DNA of 64,000 bases from Chitinophagales bacterium. GTDB lineage: Bacteria > Bacteroidota > Bacteroidia > Chitinophagales > JADJOU01. The position numbers and the translations under genes were made by a program. Below, piece after piece: positions 1 to 9,781 of the stretch. The stretch is taken from assembly GCA_044368655.1 (NCBI GenBank), contig JBIPPB010000003.1, positions 2,067 to 66,066 on the forward strand, written 5' to 3'. Each line of letters opens with the position of its first letter. Position 1 is the stretch's first letter. Under the pieces are notes generated by a model. The model was given only the letters and a program-made list of their open reading frames with translations. It was not told where the DNA came from and did no database searches.

Positions 1-1
1 A

Positions 2-1324
2 GTGCGTTCGTCATCTTTGGAAACTATTTTAGAAGAATGTGTTGCTACTATGAGCGAAGAGCAGATAGCGAAAAAGTTTTTAATCAAACAATATTACGGC
101 AAAGTAAAAAAAGAAGCGATTCGAAGAGTGATTTTAGATGATAAAATCCGTTTGGATGGTAGAAAAACGTCGGAAGTTCGTGGTATTTGGAGCGAGATTG
201 ATTGTTTACCTAGCCCACATGGTTCTGCAATTTTTACAAGAGGTGAAACGCAATCAATAACTACAATTACGTTAGGTACTAAAATGGATCAACAAAACAT
301 TGATGGTGCAGTTTTCCAAGATAGCAAGAAGTTTATTTTGCATTATAACTTCCCTTCGTTTTCTACGGGCGAGGCTTATCCTTATCGTGGCGTTGGAAGA
401 AGAGAAGTTGGACACGGAAACTTAGCGCAACGTTCTTTAGAAAAAGCGTTAGTTCCGGATTTTCCTTATACCATTCGTATCGTTTCCGATATTTTAGAAA
501 GTAATGGATCGAGTTCTATGGCTACCGTTTGTGCTGGTAGTTTAGCACTTATGGATGCTGGTGTGCCATTAAAAGGTGGCGTAAGCGGAATTGCAATGGG
601 TTTGATTACAGATAAAGAAGGTAATTATGCCATTTTATCGGATATTTTAGGTGATGAAGATCACTTGGGAGATATGGACTTCAAAGTTGCGGGTACGTCT
701 AAAGGAATTACAGCTTGTCAGATGGATATTAAAATTGATGGATTAAGTGAGGCTTTATTAATTGAAGCTTTGAACCAAGCAAAAGCAGGAAGAGAAACCA
801 TTTTGAACGAAATGAATAAAACGATTTCAGCTTCTAATGCAGAACTTAAGCCACATACGCCTCGTATCGTTGAACTAAAAATTGATAAAGAATTTATTGG
901 AGCCGTTATCGGACCTGGTGGAAAAATTATTCAAGGAATTCAAGCAGAAACAGGAGCTACGTTAACCATTGAAGAGTCTGGAGACTTTGGTATTGTTCAG
1001 ATTTTTGGAAATAATAAAGAGTCTATTGACCGAGCAGTAGCTTGGGTTAAAGGTATTGCTTCAAAACCAGAAATAGGAACAATCTATGACGGTACAATAA
1101 AAAATGTTGTAGAATTTGGCGCATTTGTTGAGATTCTTCCTGGTAAAGAAGGTTTGCTTCACATTTCAGAAATTGATTGGAAGCGTATTCCTAGTATGGA
1201 AGGTATTTTTAATACTGGCGATAAAGTTCAAGTAAAACTTATTGAAATTGATAATAAAACGGGTAAATTGCGTTTGAGTAGAAAGGTTTTACTTCCTAAA
1301 GAAGAAAAATCAGAAAATGCATAA
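2..1324 (+). CDS. pnp: Polynucleotide phosphorylase (5'-truncated by window edge)
   Basis: RNase PH motifs ([36 protein letters not shown]), KH (IGPGGK) and S1 ([19 protein letters not shown]) domains. Confidence 0.98.
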   Translation: MRSSSLETILEECVATMSEEQIAKKFLIKQYYGKVKKEAIRRVILDDKIRLDGRKTSEVRGIWSEIDCLPSPHGSAIFTRGETQSITTITLGTKMDQQNIDGAVFQDSKKFILHYNFPSFSTGEAYPYRGVGRREVGHGNLAQRSLEKALVPDFPYTIRIVSDILESNGSSSMATVCAGSLALMDAGVPLKGGVSGIAMGLITDKEGNYAILSDILGDEDHLGDMDFKVAGTSKGITACQMDIKIDGLSEALLIEALNQAKAGRETILNEMNKTISASNAELKPHTPRIVELKIDKEFIGAVIGPGGKIIQGIQAETGATLTIEESGDFGIVQIFGNNKESIDRAVAWVKGIASKPEIGTIYDGTIKNVVEFGAFVEILPGKEGLLHISEIDWKRIPSMEGIFNTGDKVQVKLIEIDNKTGKLRLSRKVLLPKEEKSENA

Positions 1325-1348
1325 TTGCTAAAGTTTTTAATTTAGATT

Positions 1349-1381
1349 AAGAAAAGCTCCTTTTTTAAAGGAGCTTTTCTT
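1349..1381 (+). terminator. Intrinsic terminator hairpin after pnp
   Basis: AAGAAAAGCTCCTTT-ttt-AAAGGAGCTTTTCTT perfect inverted repeat. Confidence 0.9.
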
Positions 1382-1409
1382 ATTTTACGAATAATAATTG
1401 GATTTGAAT

Positions 1410-1417
1410 TATATTTG
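1410..1417 (+). promoter_or_regulatory. Bacteroidota -7 promoter element of photolyase operon
   Basis: TATATTTG matches TAnnTTTG, 18 nt before the ATG at 1436. Confidence 0.7.
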
Positions 1418-1435
1418 TCTTGTATATAATCGAAT

Positions 1436-1705
1436 ATGGTTCAGCAAGATATTGATCGAATTATTGAAATGGCTTGGGAAGATCGCACTCCTTTTGAAGC
1501 TATTGAATTTCAGTTTGGAATCAATGAATCCGAAGTGATAAAAATGATGCGTTCCAATTTAAAACGGTCAAGTTTTAATTTATGGAGAAAGCGCGTGCAT
1601 TCTGGAATCAGCCAAAAGCATTTATTTAAAAGAAGTGAAGAAATGATTCGATTTAAATGTAGTCGGCAAAAATCTATTTCAAGTAATAAAGTAAGTAAAC
1701 GATAG
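1436..1705 (+). CDS. TIGR03643/DUF2805 family protein
   Basis: RIIEMAWEDRTPFEAI..QFG..E.EVI..MR..LK.SSF.LWRKRV signature; photolyase-cluster context. Confidence 0.88.
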   Translation: MVQQDIDRIIEMAWEDRTPFEAIEFQFGINESEVIKMMRSNLKRSSFNLWRKRVHSGISQKHLFKRSEEMIRFKCSRQKSISSNKVSKR

Positions 1706-2797
1706 ATGGAAGCTTTTCCTACTAGTTATCAATCTATTCTTGAGAAAATCGATCAAATTGATCCTATTAAATATGGGAAAACTAGAAATTATATTGATGG
1801 TGCGGTAACCTATTTATCTCCCTATATATCAAGAGGCGTTATAACTACAAATCAGGTTCTTAATCATGTATTAAAAAAAGGTTTTGCAATAAAAGATATC
1901 GAATCTTTTGTAAAAGAATTATGCTGGCGCGATTATTTTCAAAGAGTTGCTCAACACAAAAATGTAGCGTTTGATATTAAAAATCCTCAAAGTCCTGTTT
2001 TTTCAAAATCTTTTCCAAAAGCTGTTTTAGAAGCTCAAACGGGAATTTTAGCGATCGATAATGCGATACATTTGCTATATCAATCAGGTTATATGCATAA
2101 TCATTTGAGAATGTATTTAGCTTCTATAGTTTGTAACATAGCGCAATACTATTGGAATTTACCTTCAAAATGGATGTATTACCATTTGTTAGATGGCGAC
2201 TTTGCGAGTAATTCGTGCAGTTGGCAGTGGGTTGCAGGTGCCAATAGTTCCAAAAAATACTACGCCAATCAAGATAATATAAATACGTATACCAAAATCA
2301 ATCAAATAAGTACGTTTTTGGATTGTGATTACGAATCGTTGGTAAATATTCCAATTCCTAGTTTATTAACGGAAAATGATATATTGGATTTGCAAACAGA
2401 ATTGCCTGAATCAAATATTAAAAATATTGAGCCAAATTGGCCTACTTATATTTATAATTATTACAATTTAGATCCTTTATGGGGCGCAGATGTTAATGCA
2501 AATCGAATTCTTTTATTAGAACCGGATTTTTTTTCTAAATTTCCAGTTAGTGAAAAATGTATTCAATTTATACTTGATTTAAGCAAAAATATCAAGGATT
2601 TACAAATTTTTACGGGTTCTTTTAAGGAATTAGAATCTTCATTTAAGTTAAATAAAATCGTTTACAAAGAACATCCATTAAACAACCACTATAAAGGAAT
2701 TGAAGTGTCGAGGGATTGGATTTGCGAATCTATTTCGGGATATTTCCCTTCTTTTTTTGCCTATTGGAAAAAAATAAATCCATTTATAAATACCTAA
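1706..2797 (+). CDS. Short photolyase with N-terminal FAD domain (inverted domain order, NewPHL-like)
   Basis: Starts directly with FAD-domain motifs (YGKTRN, LSPYISRG, GYMHNHLRMY, LLDGDFASNSCSWQW); the C-terminal part resembles the alpha/beta antenna domain (RILLLEP...SEKCIQFILDL). Confidence 0.8.
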   Translation: MEAFPTSYQSILEKIDQIDPIKYGKTRNYIDGAVTYLSPYISRGVITTNQVLNHVLKKGFAIKDIESFVKELCWRDYFQRVAQHKNVAFDIKNPQSPVFSKSFPKAVLEAQTGILAIDNAIHLLYQSGYMHNHLRMYLASIVCNIAQYYWNLPSKWMYYHLLDGDFASNSCSWQWVAGANSSKKYYANQDNINTYTKINQISTFLDCDYESLVNIPIPSLLTENDILDLQTELPESNIKNIEPNWPTYIYNYYNLDPLWGADVNANRILLLEPDFFSKFPVSEKCIQFILDLSKNIKDLQIFTGSFKELESSFKLNKIVYKEHPLNNHYKGIEVSRDWICESISGYFPSFFAYWKKINPFINT

Positions 2798-2799
2798 TT

Positions 2800-3426
2800 A
2801 TGATCCATAAAGAACAAATTGCCAATTTTGAAAGAAGATATCGAGCGACAATGATTAATAGTTTGGCTGGGATTCGACAATCTTTTTTAGTGGGGTCTAA
2901 ATCTAAATTAGGTATAGAAAATGTAGCAATTTTCAGTAATGTAATTCATTTTGGTGCCAATCCACCCTTATGGGGTATTGTTTTTCGGCCAGATACCATT
3001 CAAAGAGATACGTTGAATAATATTTTAGAAACCAATTGTTACACGTTGAATTATATCAATCAAGATGATTTTGAAAAAGCACACCAAACATCGGCAAAAT
3101 TTGAATCTCATATTTCAGAGTTTGAATCATGTGGATTTGAAGCGCAATATGTAAATGATTTTTTTGCGCCATTTGTAGCATCTTCTCCTATAAAAATTGG
3201 ACTAAAATTTGCGGAACGTATTGATATTTCTATAAATAATACTATAATAATTATTGGGCAGATAGAAACCATTGATATTGATTCAAAGTATATTTCGGAG
3301 GATGGATTTGTGAATTTGCATCAGTTGGATGTACTTGCTAATATTGGTTTGGATGCTTATTGTCATTTTGATTTAAAACAACGATTGTCTTATGCAAAAT
3401 CAAATGTATGGCCCACTCCAATATAG
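2800..3426 (+). CDS. Flavin reductase-like (FMN-binding split barrel, DIM6/NTAB) protein
   Basis: [34 protein letters not shown] motifs; start moved from 2716 to the ATG at 2800 to avoid overlap. Confidence 0.8.
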   Translation: MIHKEQIANFERRYRATMINSLAGIRQSFLVGSKSKLGIENVAIFSNVIHFGANPPLWGIVFRPDTIQRDTLNNILETNCYTLNYINQDDFEKAHQTSAKFESHISEFESCGFEAQYVNDFFAPFVASSPIKIGLKFAERIDISINNTIIIIGQIETIDIDSKYISEDGFVNLHQLDVLANIGLDAYCHFDLKQRLSYAKSNVWPTPI

Positions 3427-3431
3427 ATAAA

Positions 3432-4892
3432 ATGCCATTAAACATCGTTTGGCTCAAAAGAGATTTACGATTTTTGGATCATCGACCTATATTTGAAGCA
3501 CAACAAAAGGGTATTCCTTATGTTTTAATATATTGTTTTGAACCCTCAATTATGCAATGCGAAGATAGTGATATGCGTCATTGGCTATTTGTGATGCAAT
3601 CTATAATGGATATGCAAAAACAATTGGATGCCGTACAAAAAACGATTTATATTTTTCATAATGAAGTGCTTGACGTCTTTTCTCATCTTGTTTCTAAATA
3701 TCAAATTAATCAATTGTTTTCGCATCAAGAAACGGGAAATTTAAAGACTTTTCAAAGAGATATAGAGGTTAAAGATTTTTGTAAAGAAAATGAAATAATC
3801 TGGCATGAATATCAAAATAATGGCGTAATAAGAAGATTAAAAAGTCGTAAAAATTGGGAGAAGCGTTGGCGCACATTTATGGAAGCACCGCAACTTCAAG
3901 TTGAGATTAAAGATTTAAATTTAGCCCATTTAGAAAATGATTTTTATGAAAAAATTAAAGGTCCTGCATTGCCAAAAGAAATTTTTGAAACTAATAAGCT
4001 TTTTCAGCCGGGAGGCCCTACTTTTGGGTTAAGATACTTAATCAGTTTTGTGAACGATCGTGGTAAAAATTATTCCTTTCATATTTCAAAGCCATTAAAT
4101 AGCCGAAAAAGTTGTAGCAGATTGTCACCCTATTTGGCATACGGTAATTTGAGTATGCGAATGGTTTATCAGTTAACGATGCAACATTATGAAAATTCGA
4201 GTTTTAAAAGAAGTTTGTCTAATTTTATTTCAAGATTGCATTGGCATTGTCATTTTATTCAAAAATTTGAAGATGAATGCCGAATGGAAAACGAAAATTT
4301 GAATAAAGCCTACGATACTATCCAAAAGCCTAGAAATCAAGAATATATTGATGCTTGGCAAAATGGACAAACCGGAGTTCCTATCGTGGATGCTTGTATG
4401 CGCTGTGTTGTGGCTACGGGTTATCTTAATTTTAGAATGCGTGCGATGGTTGTATCGTTTTTTGTTTATAATTTGTGGCAAGATTGGAAGGATTTACATT
4501 TTTTAGCTCGGCAATTTTTAGATTACGAACCCGGAATTCATTATCCCCAACTACAAATGCAATCGGGAACAACGGGAATAAATACCATTCGAATTTACAA
4601 TCCAATTAAAAACTCAATGGAGCATGACCCTGAAGGATTGTTTATAAAAGAATGGATTCCTGAATTGAAAAATGTTCCTGCTTCATTGATTCACGAACCT
4701 TGGAAGCTGAACTCAATGGAGCAACAATTATATGGCGTAGAAATTGGTAAAGATTATCCGTATCCGATTGTAGATATTGAAAAAACAAGAAAATATGCCA
4801 GTGATATCGTTTGGGGCGTTCGTAAATCTGAAGTTTCTAAAATTGAAACCGAACGAATTCTTAAAAAACACGTAAAACAAAAAACAAAGTAA
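3432..4892 (+). CDS. Cryptochrome/DNA photolyase family protein
   Basis: [55 protein letters not shown]; start probably the ATG at 3432 (ORF track gives 3408). Confidence 0.92.
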   Translation: MPLNIVWLKRDLRFLDHRPIFEAQQKGIPYVLIYCFEPSIMQCEDSDMRHWLFVMQSIMDMQKQLDAVQKTIYIFHNEVLDVFSHLVSKYQINQLFSHQETGNLKTFQRDIEVKDFCKENEIIWHEYQNNGVIRRLKSRKNWEKRWRTFMEAPQLQVEIKDLNLAHLENDFYEKIKGPALPKEIFETNKLFQPGGPTFGLRYLISFVNDRGKNYSFHISKPLNSRKSCSRLSPYLAYGNLSMRMVYQLTMQHYENSSFKRSLSNFISRLHWHCHFIQKFEDECRMENENLNKAYDTIQKPRNQEYIDAWQNGQTGVPIVDACMRCVVATGYLNFRMRAMVVSFFVYNLWQDWKDLHFLARQFLDYEPGIHYPQLQMQSGTTGINTIRIYNPIKNSMEHDPEGLFIKEWIPELKNVPASLIHEPWKLNSMEQQLYGVEIGKDYPYPIVDIEKTRKYASDIVWGVRKSEVSKIETERILKKHVKQKTK

Positions 4893-4899
4893 ATGGATT

Positions 4900-5046
4900 A
4901 TGAAAAATGTTAAGAAACAACATCTTCCTGAGAAAATTTGTATCGTTTGTCAAAGACCTTTTACTTGGCGTAAAAAATGGGAAAAAGTATGGGACGAAGT
5001 TAAATTTTGTAGTGATAAATGTCGAATGAATAAAAATAAATTATGA
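4900..5046 (+). CDS. DUF2256 family small Cys-rich protein (48 aa, missing from ORF track)
   Basis: Translated by hand: [48 protein letters not shown]; CxxC...CSxxC; its stop overlaps the next start (ATGA). Confidence 0.92.
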   Translation: MKNVKKQHLPEKICIVCQRPFTWRKKWEKVWDEVKFCSDKCRMNKNKL

Positions 5047-6521
5047 AAATAGCGCTCCTTTTTCCGAATCAACTTTTTGAAAATCACGAAATCTTAAATG
5101 AAGTAGATGAAGTGTATTTAATAGAAGAATATTTGTTTTTTAAACAATATCGATTTCATAAACAAAAAATATTGTTTCATAGAGCTTCTATGCAATTTTA
5201 TAAAAATTATTTGGAGACTAAAAATATCAAAGTCAATTATATTGAATCGATTTCTGAAGCATCTGATATTCTTTTGTTTTTTGATGTTTTAAAATTTGAT
5301 GAAAATGTAATTGTTCATTTCATCGACCCTGTCGATAATTGGTTGGAGAAGCGAATTATAAATGGAATTAAAAAACATAAACTTGAGGTTGTAAAATATA
5401 ATAATCCTTTGTTTTTGAATCAACAAGAAGAAATTGTATCTTTTTTTAAAGATAAAAAAAGGATGTTTCAGACCGATTTTTATATTTTTCAAAGAAAGAA
5501 ATGGGATATTTTATTGGATTCAAATAAAAAGCCTATTGGTGATAAATGGACTTTTGATGCTGACAATCGAAAGAAATATCCAAAAGGAAAAACGCCTCCA
5601 AAAGTAATGCAACAAGATCTCTCCATTTTTCATAAAGAAGCCTTAAATTATGTAGCCTCTCATTTTCAAGACAATTATGGTCAACTTGACGCATCATTGG
5701 TTTATCCAATTGATTTTGAATCCAGTAAAATATGGTTTGAAGACTTTCTAAAAAATAGGTTTGCGGAATTTGGAATTTATGAAGACGCCATTCAATCGGA
5801 TGCACTGATCCTAAATCATAGTTTGATAACGCCAATGCTCAATGTCGGCCTCTTAACGCCAACTTATATCATAGATCGTACATTAGAATTTATTTTAGAA
5901 AATGAAATTCCTTTAAATTCTTCAGAAGGCTTTATTCGACAGGTAATTGGTTGGAGAGAATTTATTCGTGGTGTTTATATTTTAAAAGGAACGGAAGAGC
6001 GAACTAAAAACTTTTGGAATTTTAAACGAAAAATTCCTGAATCGTTTTGGAAAGGAACAACAGGGATTTTGCCATTTGACGATGTTATTCAAAAAGTTTT
6101 GAAAACAGGGTATTGTCATCATATTGAGCGTTTGATGGTTTTGGGAAATTTTATGCTTTTATGCGAATTTGACCCCGATGAAGTGTATCGTTGGTTTATG
6201 GAGCTATTTATTGATGCGTATGATTGGGTTATGGTTCCAAATGTTTATGGTATGAGTCAATTTGCCGATGGTGGCCTTATGGCTACAAAACCTTATATTA
6301 GCGGGAGTAATTACATTTTAAAAATGAGTAATTATTCAAAAGGCAGTTGGCAAGAAGTTTGGGATGGTTTGTTTTGGCGATTTATGGATACGCATCGTGA
6401 TTTTTTTCTTAAAAATCCAAGACTTTCTATGCTCGTTCATAGTTTTGATAAAATGGATCAAGCCAAAAAAGCGCAACATCTAACAAATGCGAATCAGTAT
6501 CTAAGCCAACTTTCATTTTAG
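5043..6521 (+). CDS. PhrB/CryB-type (6-4) photolyase-related protein lacking Fe-S cysteines
   Basis: [78 protein letters not shown]. Confidence 0.9.
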   Translation: MKIALLFPNQLFENHEILNEVDEVYLIEEYLFFKQYRFHKQKILFHRASMQFYKNYLETKNIKVNYIESISEASDILLFFDVLKFDENVIVHFIDPVDNWLEKRIINGIKKHKLEVVKYNNPLFLNQQEEIVSFFKDKKRMFQTDFYIFQRKKWDILLDSNKKPIGDKWTFDADNRKKYPKGKTPPKVMQQDLSIFHKEALNYVASHFQDNYGQLDASLVYPIDFESSKIWFEDFLKNRFAEFGIYEDAIQSDALILNHSLITPMLNVGLLTPTYIIDRTLEFILENEIPLNSSEGFIRQVIGWREFIRGVYILKGTEERTKNFWNFKRKIPESFWKGTTGILPFDDVIQKVLKTGYCHHIERLMVLGNFMLLCEFDPDEVYRWFMELFIDAYDWVMVPNVYGMSQFADGGLMATKPYISGSNYILKMSNYSKGSWQEVWDGLFWRFMDTHRDFFLKNPRLSMLVHSFDKMDQAKKAQHLTNANQYLSQLSF

Positions 6522-6558
6522 ATTTTTATTTAATAAAATTGTCAGTTTATTTCTTTTA

Positions 6559-6736
6559 GAGATTCCCGATATTTTTTATTTCATACTATTATTTTACTTT
6601 AAAGTTTAGGTTGCAAAAATTCGGGAATGACGGGAGGTATAATTTGTTACATAATTCTTCGTCATCCTCGAAAATTTTCTACAACAAAATTTTATTTTTA
6701 AAGCTAAGTCTAAATTGAAAATTTATCGGGGATCTC
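6559..6736. repeat. Inverted pair of CGTC-tagged REP-like palindromes between convergent genes
   Basis: Unit 1 (6559-6632, reverse) reads CGTCATTCCCGAATTTTT..AAAAAATATCGGGAATCTC; unit 2 (6660-6736) reads CGTCATCCTCGAAAATTTT..AAAATTTATCGGGGATCTC. Confidence 0.75.
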
Positions 6737-6781
6737 ATTTTTTTAATTTTTTTTGCGCATTCAGATGTAATGTTGTAGCAA

Positions 6782-7081
6782 TTAAATCCGAATCCATTGC
6801 GGATCGATCCAATATTTGGATGTACTATCGGTGATGTAAATATCTAGATTTTCACCTTTGAAAAATTGCATTTTACTGTTCTTTTTTAGGATAAATCCAT
6901 CAAATTTTTTGGAAGAATCTATCTTCACATGAATCTTATAATCATCGACAACATAATTTTTGATTGACGAATCGTTTGAAGAAATCTTTAATTTTAGTTC
7001 ATCATCTATAAAAATATGAACTTCATTTTTGCAAGAAATAGCAAAAAACAATAAAAAAAACAAAATTGATTTAAGGAACAT
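6782..7081 (-). CDS. Hypothetical lipoprotein
   Basis: Hydrophobic N-terminus with lipobox-like AISC; overlaps the end of the upstream gene. Confidence 0.6.
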   Translation of the reverse strand: MFLKSILFFLLFFAISCKNEVHIFIDDELKLKISSNDSSIKNYVVDDYKIHVKIDSSKKFDGFILKKNSKMQFFKGENLDIYITDSTSKYWIDPQWIRI

Positions 7082-7670
7082 AATATAACAAACCTAGTGT
7101 TAATCCAAAATGATTATAGCCAAAAGATAGCGTCTCTTGTTTTCTTGTGATGTCCGAAAGTCCTAAATTCATTTGTAATTCAGAAAATACTTCAAAGGCT
7201 TTTATCCGATAATGTACTCCTGTGCCCGCAATTAAGCTATAAAAATTCTTATGTAAATACTGTGGGGCAAATAATTCGTTTTTATTGATTTTAGTTTGAA
7301 TTGCATATCCAATTTGTGGACCAGCAAAAATAGTCCAAGTGATATTGTCATGATGCATTCTTAATTTGCCTAACGCCTCTAAAGCAAGGTAATTCATTTC
7401 GAATGTCGCTTTTTGAGCATTGCCAATTTCAAAATTTCTTTGAACATAAGAGCCTCCCATAACAACGGAGAAAAACGTATGTAGCCGATGTTCGATAAAA
7501 ACCGTTGCGTTTTGAGTAAAGGCTGAAGAGGTTTGTTGAGGTTGATTAAATGCAGGTGTACCAAGAGCTCCAAAATATTTAACTCCAAAAGCCATACCTT
7601 CTTGAGATTTTAAAGATTCAAACGTTAAAAGGTTCAAAAGTAAAAGTAAATAAAGTGGATATTTTTTCAA
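7071..7670 (-). CDS. Outer-membrane beta-barrel protein (PorT/OmpA-barrel-like)
   Basis: Signal peptide, alternating beta-strands, IFAGPQIGY, terminal aromatic strand; start probably the TTG at 7670, below a TAAATTTG promoter motif at 7697-7704. Confidence 0.7.
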   Translation of the reverse strand: MKKYPLYLLLLLNLLTFESLKSQEGMAFGVKYFGALGTPAFNQPQQTSSAFTQNATVFIEHRLHTFFSVVMGGSYVQRNFEIGNAQKATFEMNYLALEALGKLRMHHDNITWTIFAGPQIGYAIQTKINKNELFAPQYLHKNFYSLIAGTGVHYRIKAFEVFSELQMNLGLSDITRKQETLSFGYNHFGLTLGLLYYVP

Positions 7671-7797
7671 AATATTTGGAGGTTTTTTGTAACGTGCAAA
7701 TTTACTTAAAATCGATAAACTTTTGTCAAAAAAAAAGGACAATGGAAAATAAAATGTATATACTCAAACTTAAATTTTAATTGAATTTTAGCGTAAT

Positions 7798-8691
7798 TTG
7801 CATTGCATTAAAAGCGATAAGATTAAAAAAGTGTATAAAAATAAACTGCATTATATTTTTTCATTAATTGAAGATGAAGGTTTATATGAGATTTTAAAAT
7901 CTCAATTACACGAAATCTCTTTTATCGACCATTCAGAAATTTTAGAAGAAATAGCGTATTTTAGTTCACATAATTTTAAAAGTAAGGGTCTCGCTCGATT
8001 AGAATCTGAAATTAAGCTTGAACTTTATTTAGATAAACTTACCGATGAAATTTTCGGGAATCAAATGAAATTAAGTCAATTTATTATTGAATTGAATGGC
8101 TTGATATTTAACAATTCCGATCAAAATCAATTTATTCACGATTGTATAGATAAATGGGCGTTAAAAGTTTCGGATAAAATACATTGCACGTCAAGCTCAA
8201 ATGAGATTTACCAAATCATGGATAAGTATATTGCCCAATCTTTTGTAGTGGAATATAATTATTCGATGTCGCACGATGATTTTTGTCAGATTTTTAAAAC
8301 ACAAAAAATTAGTGAATACGCACTTTCCGTTTTGTATTTAATGATTTCAGAAAAATTAGATTTACCGATATTCGGTTTGCCTCATAAAGAAAAATTGCTT
8401 TTGTGTATGGCAAAAAGTCATTGTAATAATAGTGAATTAGTATATCAAGAAGATATAAAGTTCTACTTTAATCCTGGGCCAAATGGTTTACTTTTTACGC
8501 TTCAAGATTTAGAATTGATTTTTAAAGCAAATGACGCTCAAGTGGCTATGCGCGAAAAATTACCAAAGTCCAATCGAATTATTGTTCAAAATTGGTTGTT
8601 GAAGTTGCATCAAGAAAATGAAATCTTGACTAAAAATGAGGTTCTGATGCCTATGTTTAGTGAATTTATAAAAATGTTGAAAAACGTTTGA
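7798..8691 (+). CDS. Divergent SirB1/transglutaminase-like family protein
   Basis: LSVLYLMISEKLDLPIFGLP and FYFNP resemble Transglut_core2 motifs; start codon uncertain. Confidence 0.5.
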   Translation: MHCIKSDKIKKVYKNKLHYIFSLIEDEGLYEILKSQLHEISFIDHSEILEEIAYFSSHNFKSKGLARLESEIKLELYLDKLTDEIFGNQMKLSQFIIELNGLIFNNSDQNQFIHDCIDKWALKVSDKIHCTSSSNEIYQIMDKYIAQSFVVEYNYSMSHDDFCQIFKTQKISEYALSVLYLMISEKLDLPIFGLPHKEKLLLCMAKSHCNNSELVYQEDIKFYFNPGPNGLLFTLQDLELIFKANDAQVAMREKLPKSNRIIVQNWLLKLHQENEILTKNEVLMPMFSEFIKMLKNV

Positions 8692-8758
8692 TAACTTCTT
8701 GTTATTTATTGTGAAAAAATGTTTAAAATTGCATTGGAATTAATAATGTATATTTTAG

Positions 8759-9559
8759 ATGCAGTATCTGTCGATTCTTAGTGAAATTAAGGCATTCAAC
8801 GAGTTTTTGGGTGGTAAATGGCGTTTGATTATTTTAGATCAATTGTTTGCAAACCCGATTCGTTTTAGAGATTTACAAAAGAATATTGATGGAATTACAC
8901 CTCGAATGCTCACCAAAGAATTACGAATCTTAGAAAAATTTGAGCTGGTTGAAAAAATAGTTTATCGAGAGGTTCCACCTCGTGTAGAATATTCATTGAC
9001 AGATAAAGGTGTGCGATTATTTCCTTTATTAGAAAGTATTAAACTGATTGGGTCTGAATTTTTAAAAGAAATTGAAGCGAATCCGGGTTTAATTGCGCAG
9101 CCTAAACTACTAAAAGTTAAGAAAACAGAAGCTTTAAGAGTTTTGAAACCTGAACCAAAAGTTGAAAATACATTTTCAGATGACTTAGGAAATCAATTTG
9201 TAAAAATTGATGTAAATAATCTAGAACCAATTAAAGAAGATATTCCGCTTCGTAATGTTTCACTTTCAACTAAAAAACGTATTGAGGATCTACATATCGA
9301 AGAAATTGATATTTTTAAAGAAGATATTCAAGAAAATACATTTTTAGATTCCGTTTCAGAAGATGCAATTGAATTTTCTTTTGAATCCGATTTTATAAAA
9401 ATAGATGAAGTAAATGAAAATGAAGCATCTATCATTTCTGAAGTAGTATTGCCTCAAATTTTTTCTCAAAAACAAGAGGCTTCTTCACAAGAAGAAAAGC
9501 AAGAGTCCAAGCAAGATGCCAAACAAAAAGTAACAACGGTTCAGTTGTCTTTATTTTAA
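8759..9559 (+). CDS. HxlR-family winged-helix regulator with long acidic C-terminal extension
   Basis: GGKWRLIIL, RFRDLQKNIDGITPRMLTKELRILE, VYREVPPRVEYSLT; about 165 extra residues ending in QLSLF. Confidence 0.88.
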   Translation: MQYLSILSEIKAFNEFLGGKWRLIILDQLFANPIRFRDLQKNIDGITPRMLTKELRILEKFELVEKIVYREVPPRVEYSLTDKGVRLFPLLESIKLIGSEFLKEIEANPGLIAQPKLLKVKKTEALRVLKPEPKVENTFSDDLGNQFVKIDVNNLEPIKEDIPLRNVSLSTKKRIEDLHIEEIDIFKEDIQENTFLDSVSEDAIEFSFESDFIKIDEVNENEASIISEVVLPQIFSQKQEASSQEEKQESKQDAKQKVTTVQLSLF

Positions 9560-9591
9560 TTAATTTATTTTTCTTACTATTTTTTTTATTA

Positions 9592-9623
9592 ACAATTCCT
9601 TTTGTTGACAATTCCTTTTGTTA
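9592..9623. repeat. 16-bp tandem duplication
   Basis: ACAATTCCTTTTGTTG followed by ACAATTCCTTTTGTTA. Confidence 0.8.
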
Positions 9624-9702
9624 ATTAAAGTTGTTTATGGAATGAAATATTCAAGGCTTTATACACTCCGTAAATTTTTGTATATAATTTAAAATTTGGG
9701 AT

Positions 9703-9733
9703 AAAAAAAGCCTTGTTGAAAATCAACAAGGCT
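9703..9733 (-). terminator. Intrinsic terminator of TonB receptor-lipoprotein operon
   Basis: AGCCTTGTTGA-aaa-TCAACAAGGCT stem; the adjacent A-run gives a U-tract on the minus strand. Confidence 0.88.
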
Positions 9734-9781
9734 CCTGAAATAAAAAACGTATTTTTATAAAAAAATCCGGTTTTTTCTTAA

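Noticed and set aside
2716-2799. Long overlap between photolyase and flavin reductase ORFs (similarly truA/rsmF)
   Set aside because: Artefact of longest-ORF start choice; downstream ATGs remove the overlaps.
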